20,000 bases of DNA, taken from IMG/VR virus record IMGVR_UViG_2558309035_000001. One strand, given 5' to 3'. The notes beneath the pieces were generated by a model. The model had not been told where the DNA came from. It saw nothing but the letters and a program-made list of their open reading frames with translations, and did no database searches. This DNA comes from an uncultured virus (IMG/VR IMGVR_UViG_2558309035_000001). Its lineage: Duplodnaviria > Heunggongvirae > Uroviricota > Caudoviricetes. The translations under genes were made by a program, and so were the position numbers. Shown in pieces: positions 15,551 to 20,000 of the stretch; the first letter of the stretch is position 1, and each line of letters opens with the position of its first letter.

Positions 15551-15740
15551 TTTCAACACTTCAACATCATTGATAATCAGATACTTACGCTTAAAAAGGT
15601 GTTGAAAGTGTTTGAAACACAAAACAGCTTCAAACACTTTCAAACAACTTCAACACCTTTTCAACACCTTACTTTTATAGTTAATCATTTGATTTTTAGT
15701 TTATTAAGTATTATTTATTTAGGTGTTGAAACGTTTGAAG
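15551..15740. repeat. TTCAA(A)C iteron-like array downstream of the primase-helicase, putative replication origin
   Basis: TTCAAC/TTCAAAC at 15552, 15560, 15629, 15639, 15649 and 15660; inverted copies near 15601, 15611, 15725 and 15734; IHF-like sites at 15575-15587 (+) and 15682-15694 (-); AT-rich core. Confidence 0.8.
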
Positions 15741-15741
15741 T

Positions 15742-18700
15742 TCAAAAGGGTAAATCTTTCTGCTCCGTATTATTTATTTTTTCTTCAGGGGTTGCAGGGG
15801 ATGGAAACAAAGAGTTCTCATTCCGCTGAAAATCAACCGCAAACTTTATCTCATCTTTAATAGGTATCTCTTGTATCTGCACCAAATAGGCAGATGTAGC
15901 CTTAGATTCTTTACCAGGCGCAAAACGGACCCCTGCGATAGTGTCTATAAATGATTTATCTTTTTTCAATGCATCCATCATTACTCCCTTAGCCGGGGCG
16001 CTATCTCTGTACTGCGTATACCATTGCCGTTGTACCCGATTGTAACAGCTGGTAAAATTGAAATACAGTCTATCACCGTCAAGTTTTAAATCACGGCCGT
16101 CTCTAATTTGGTCTGCCACCGTACCTCGCATACTCGCCAAGAAACAATCCCACCAACGATTGATTACACTAGCGCTGTTCATTTTGCTCATTTGACTATC
16201 GATAGTCTTATCGAAATGGGACATCATATCTTCATGGCTAAAAGGAAAGCTTACCTCGGGTATATTCTGAAACATCTGGTAAAATGTTCCCAGTACCGAA
16301 AGATTTTGAACCATTCTACTCTGTGCCTCTGGTCTACGTTGTGCTAGAGTGCTCTTAAATTCTCTATACCTACCCTTGAAATTATTTTTTACGGATGCCC
16401 TATGGTGCAAGAACATATCCGTATAGCCACTGATACCTTTTTTTACAATATCACTAAGCTTCTCGTACTCTTTTGTGTCCTCGTCATCAAAAACGGTCTT
16501 ATCCATAAACTCCCAAATAAATCTTGAAATCAAAGCTTCTTGATCGGGAGCATAATTACCGGTCATAATTACACTTGAAAGAATGGGAATGCTCTCTGTA
16601 CCCACATGACTATCTATATTTCCTCTTTTATAGCCACGTCTATCCCATAATCCTTTAAGAACTCCATCTAATTTTGGATCACCGTTCTTATATTCACTTA
16701 ATTGAGAAATTAAATTACAGAACTGGGCAAATTCTCGAACCTGCGCTTTAATAGTACTTACGCCACCCTCTAAGTTAATAGCGGTCTGTGGTCTTCCTGA
16801 GAAACTCTGACATACATCCGCTAATTGATCTTTACCTGAAGAAGCAGGTCCAAATAAGAACAGCATAGGGAAAGAATTTAGCTCAGAAACAACAATATCT
16901 TGAAATATAGAAGCTATGGAGAACAGGATACCCATCATACCATGACTTCGATGAACTTTAATGAGCTGATTGGTAAAGTTTTGAAAGTTTATAGTGGGTG
17001 GCAGGGAGACCACTCTTTTTTGAGCCTCGAACTTATAGATGTTCGTACTGTATATTTTATTGGCACTAGGCACATAATACATAACGTTTTTATGTTCAAA
17101 TACTCCGTTATCATCTATAGTGATATCATTTTCGCTAGGCACTGTTACTTTGTTGTTCCATACCCAGAACCCTTCAGGTTGCCAACCAAGCACTTCAATC
17201 TTACGACCGGTACCCATTGAATCGAACAGAAACGTTTTAAGAAGTTCGTGTTCTTTACGACCACCTTTCCATCTAAAGTTGCCGTGCGCCGTTACAGCGT
17301 TTTCAAATGACATGGGGGTGTTCATTTCAGCGCTCTGCATATCAAAAATGCGTTCAAGTTTATGCACGTTCTTAATACGTACCAGCTTCATTGGGTACTT
17401 TTCATCTTGCATATGTTGAATAATCTCAATGTCGAAATTGCTGTAACTTTTAAAAGTAAAAGGGGGTTCAGCGCCTTGCTGTACATAAATCTGATGATTG
17501 GCCATGAACATTTGATACTTTTCAATGATCGGCCTTATATTTTCCAATGGCTCTTTTACACTTTCAGGAAGGCGGTAGAAATCTTCTGAAGAAAACTCTT
17601 GTATTCGTTTGTTCTGATTTCCCTTGATATCTTTTATAAGTGATAGTTCTTTAAACCACTTATTTATTTCGGTTGGTTTTACTGAGCTTTCTTTAGTTAA
17701 CCAGTCCTTATAAATACTGCGGATGCCTTCGTCTGAAATATCACTTACCAGTTGAACTAATTCTTTAGTTGACTGCGCAATTGCAACGGCATCTTTTGCC
17801 TTAAAGCGATGTGCCATCAAGAATTTAAATCCATCTTGACGATAGTTTATATTGTCACTTAGATTGCTTAAATCGTATTTACGTGCAGCAACTTTATGAT
17901 AGCGAATAAAATCGTCTGGGTCCAACTGTGGTTGGTTCACTACAAGTTGTACTCGAAACCCTTCCTTAATAAATTCAGGTATATACCTGAGCATTGCTTT
18001 TTTACCAGGTCCGTCTGGGTCAAAATTAAAAATGATACGATCGCATAATTTTTTTAGCAAACGGATTTGACCGATTGCAATAGCTGTGCCACACCCAGCA
18101 ATGGTATTGGGTATACCGTTGGTTTGCCAGGCAATTACATCATTATACCCTTCGACCAACCAGGCTTCGCCCTTTTTAACTATCGCTTCACGAGCTTTGT
18201 CCAGTCCGTACCAAAAAATTCCTTTTTTGTATAGCTCACTATCTGCAGAATTTATCCATTTAGCGTACTTTTTATTGTCTACCAATGCCCTACCTGCGAT
18301 ACCTACCGGTAGTAATGAAGTGCCTTTACGCTCAACCAAAGGATAAATAACTCTGTTATGCCATTTATCACCCGTATCCGATATTAAGCCCAATGTAATG
18401 GCATCTGCCTTTCTACCGTTGGCTACACATAAATCATAAAGAAACTTGCCACCAGGTGCATATCCAATCCTATAGTCTTCGACAATATCATTAGAATACT
18501 CTCGTTTACCGAATACCTCCAATTTAGCAGGGTGGTCTTCAGGTAGTTCTTGAAATGCTTGTTCAAATTTTCTTAAACTACTTTCTAATAAAGGGCGAAG
18601 GGCTTCCTTTTTTTCTTGCTTTTCATGATAAGCCCTGGTGGCCTTATTATCTTCATATTGTAACTCTACATTATATTTTTTCGCCAACCACTCAATCGCT

Positions 18701-18951
18701 TCAGGGTATGTGATACCCTCTTTTTTCATTAGAAAACTAACTGCAGAGTTGCCACTATTTCCATTGCTAAAATCTTTCCAAATTCCCTTTGCAGGTGAAA
18801 CCATAAAACTTCCTGAAGATTCATTTATCCATGGGCTTAGTCCTTTAAATTGCGCCCCTGCTTTTTTAAGTTCAACAAAATCCTTAATGACTTCAACCAT
18901 ATCGGAAATTTCCCAAACCTTTTCGATTGAATCTTTTGATATAAATGGCAT
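15742..18951 (-). CDS. DnaG-type DNA primase fused to a C-terminal P-loop NTPase (putative primase-helicase)
   Basis: Cys-less ZBD-like GLSPW..ESSGSFMVSPAKGIWKDFS; TOPRIM LVEGYNDV, FDPDGPG and DPDD; Walker A GPASSGKD; C-terminal DLPF. Confidence 0.92.
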   Translation of the reverse strand: MPFISKDSIEKVWEISDMVEVIKDFVELKKAGAQFKGLSPWINESSGSFMVSPAKGIWKDFSNGNSGNSAVSFLMKKEGITYPEAIEWLAKKYNVELQYEDNKATRAYHEKQEKKEALRPLLESSLRKFEQAFQELPEDHPAKLEVFGKREYSNDIVEDYRIGYAPGGKFLYDLCVANGRKADAITLGLISDTGDKWHNRVIYPLVERKGTSLLPVGIAGRALVDNKKYAKWINSADSELYKKGIFWYGLDKAREAIVKKGEAWLVEGYNDVIAWQTNGIPNTIAGCGTAIAIGQIRLLKKLCDRIIFNFDPDGPGKKAMLRYIPEFIKEGFRVQLVVNQPQLDPDDFIRYHKVAARKYDLSNLSDNINYRQDGFKFLMAHRFKAKDAVAIAQSTKELVQLVSDISDEGIRSIYKDWLTKESSVKPTEINKWFKELSLIKDIKGNQNKRIQEFSSEDFYRLPESVKEPLENIRPIIEKYQMFMANHQIYVQQGAEPPFTFKSYSNFDIEIIQHMQDEKYPMKLVRIKNVHKLERIFDMQSAEMNTPMSFENAVTAHGNFRWKGGRKEHELLKTFLFDSMGTGRKIEVLGWQPEGFWVWNNKVTVPSENDITIDDNGVFEHKNVMYYVPSANKIYSTNIYKFEAQKRVVSLPPTINFQNFTNQLIKVHRSHGMMGILFSIASIFQDIVVSELNSFPMLFLFGPASSGKDQLADVCQSFSGRPQTAINLEGGVSTIKAQVREFAQFCNLISQLSEYKNGDPKLDGVLKGLWDRRGYKRGNIDSHVGTESIPILSSVIMTGNYAPDQEALISRFIWEFMDKTVFDDEDTKEYEKLSDIVKKGISGYTDMFLHHRASVKNNFKGRYREFKSTLAQRRPEAQSRMVQNLSVLGTFYQMFQNIPEVSFPFSHEDMMSHFDKTIDSQMSKMNSASVINRWWDCFLASMRGTVADQIRDGRDLKLDGDRLYFNFTSCYNRVQRQWYTQYRDSAPAKGVMMDALKKDKSFIDTIAGVRFAPGKESKATSAYLVQIQEIPIKDEIKFAVDFQRNENSLFPSPATPEEKINNTEQKDLPF

Positions 18952-18954
18952 TGT

Positions 18955-19221
18955 TTACTTGTTTTTTTCGTTATAACCTTCCACTTCCGCGTTCCAAAAA
19001 TTCCTCAATTGTTCGTCTATTATCGAGGGCCACATTACTATTTCGTCTTCAGGTAACTTCGATTCAGCAATTAAATCCACATGAAATGAAGATATACCTG
19101 CCACAAAAGCCTTTTTCATTTCGGATAATTGAACAGGATTAATTTTGCTCTTATCCACATTTGATAATTTCAAATAGTGGTCGAACCATGATTGTATATT
19201 GAATTCTGGTTTAGTAGCCAT
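18955..19221 (-). CDS. Hypothetical phage protein (88 aa)
   Basis: Ends 3 nt before the primase start. Confidence 0.75.
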   Translation of the reverse strand: MATKPEFNIQSWFDHYLKLSNVDKSKINPVQLSEMKKAFVAGISSFHVDLIAESKLPEDEIVMWPSIIDEQLRNFWNAEVEGYNEKNK

Positions 19222-19346
19222 TACTTCGCTTTATTTAATTGAAAAAACATTCTTTTCGTTGCCTTGGCATCTATGATGGTGAACACTGCCATACCGAACA
19301 GGAAGCCAGCCGATAAGAACATTGTGATATAGATAATTAGATTCAT
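19221..19346 (-). CDS. Single-TM small protein (41 aa), not in ORF track
   Basis: MNLIIYITMFLSAGFLFGMAVFTIIDAKATKRMFFQLNKAK; TAATG overlap with the next gene. Confidence 0.6.
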   Translation of the reverse strand: MNLIIYITMFLSAGFLFGMAVFTIIDAKATKRMFFQLNKAK

Positions 19347-19358
19347 AAGGTTTGGTTT

Positions 19359-19386
19359 AAAAACCCTGCTGCCCCAACAGCAGGGT
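19359..19386 (-). terminator. Intrinsic terminator/attenuator-like hairpin after the LuxR-type gene
   Basis: Minus strand ACCCTGCTG-TTGGGG-CAGCAGGGT-TTTT; 9-bp perfect stem. Confidence 0.65.
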
Positions 19387-19439
19387 AACTAACTAATATA
19401 TAATAGCCGGCGTGTGCTCCAGCTGCACCTAGGATTCTC

Positions 19440-20000
19440 CTAGATAAGATTAAGGCGTTGGCCTATTATTGTTGATTCTTGCTTGGTCTGTACACCAAGC
19501 TTTTGATATAGTTTCTTTTTAGCAAGGTGAAAAGAGCCTAAAGGCAGGTTCATTTCACTTGCGATAACATCATTGGTGTTATTGGTAGACAACATTTGTA
19601 CTAGCGTAATATCTTGATGATCTAACCGCGCACCGTTATACTGAACCGCTTTACACAATACCCCTTCTGATGCACATGTACCACGCAAAGGGCACGGCCA
19701 CCATTCACCATCTTGAACCCCATCGGTAGACATATCGGCTTTATAGTCCAACCCACCAAAACGGCATTTTACAAATTGCTCTAATCGTTTGTAGCTACTC
19801 GCTGGGTGCATATCGAACAGGTGAATTTTAACCTCATGATCTTTATCGATTTCATCTTGCAACATTTGCATATAAGAGAAAGGAAGTTGAGTTAAATCCA
19901 TCACGCTACCATTGGTAATCGCTTTAATATTATCGTTATCGATAAAAAATTCAACAGCATCGCTGGTGAGTCCGGGTAATAATTTGTTCTGGTTTGTCAT
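19440..20000 (-). CDS. Cys-cluster plus LuxR-type HTH transcriptional regulator
   Basis: CPLRGTCASEGVLC cluster; C-terminal NDVIASEMNLPLGSFHLAKKKLYQKLGV. Confidence 0.8.
   Translation of the reverse strand: MTNQNKLLPGLTSDAVEFFIDNDNIKAITNGSVMDLTQLPFSYMQMLQDEIDKDHEVKIHLFDMHPASSYKRLEQFVKCRFGGLDYKADMSTDGVQDGEWWPCPLRGTCASEGVLCKAVQYNGARLDHQDITLVQMLSTNNTNDVIASEMNLPLGSFHLAKKKLYQKLGVQTKQESTIIGQRLNLI

Larger units (their letters stand above)
1..20000 (-). mobile_element. Prophage/temperate phage segment of a Bacteroidota (likely Flavobacteriaceae) host; both ends lie outside the window
   Basis: Co-oriented, tightly packed genes: primase-helicase, many small early ORFs, endolysin, spanin, S49 protease, capsid-like gene. 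No housekeeping genes. Confidence 0.93.

Noticed and set aside
54..19142. All plus-strand ORFs in the track (e.g. 607-1080, 2746-3219, 6343-6738, 18638-18976)
   Set aside because: They are antisense shadows of coherent minus-strand genes and show no recognisable motifs.

Overview
All credible genes lie on the minus strand. The window looks like part of a temperate phage or prophage of a Bacteroidota host, probably Flavobacteriaceae: the DnaG N-terminus is of the zinc-less type, the signal peptides follow the Q-rule, and there are no obvious Shine-Dalgarno sites. In transcription order (right to left) it holds: a LuxR-HTH regulator; a 1069-aa DnaG primase fused to a P-loop NTPase, followed by an iteron-like array; a run of small early genes (HD hydrolase, ASCH, DUF2528-like, zinc ribbons); an apparent integron-like (attC-like) micro-cassette insertion that builds a chimeric gene; a second, different iteron/palindrome array at the early/late boundary; a block of signal-peptide-bearing fibre and glycan-enzyme genes interleaved with a lysis module (several membrane proteins, a TM-PAS protein, an M15 endolysin, a u-spanin); then an S49 prohead protease and the 5' part of a probable major capsid gene. 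The strongest novelty candidates are the attC-like fusion cassette, the TM-PAS protein in the lysis module, the Sec-exported fibre proteins and the two repeat arrays. All functional calls come from motif recognition by eye; no searches were run.
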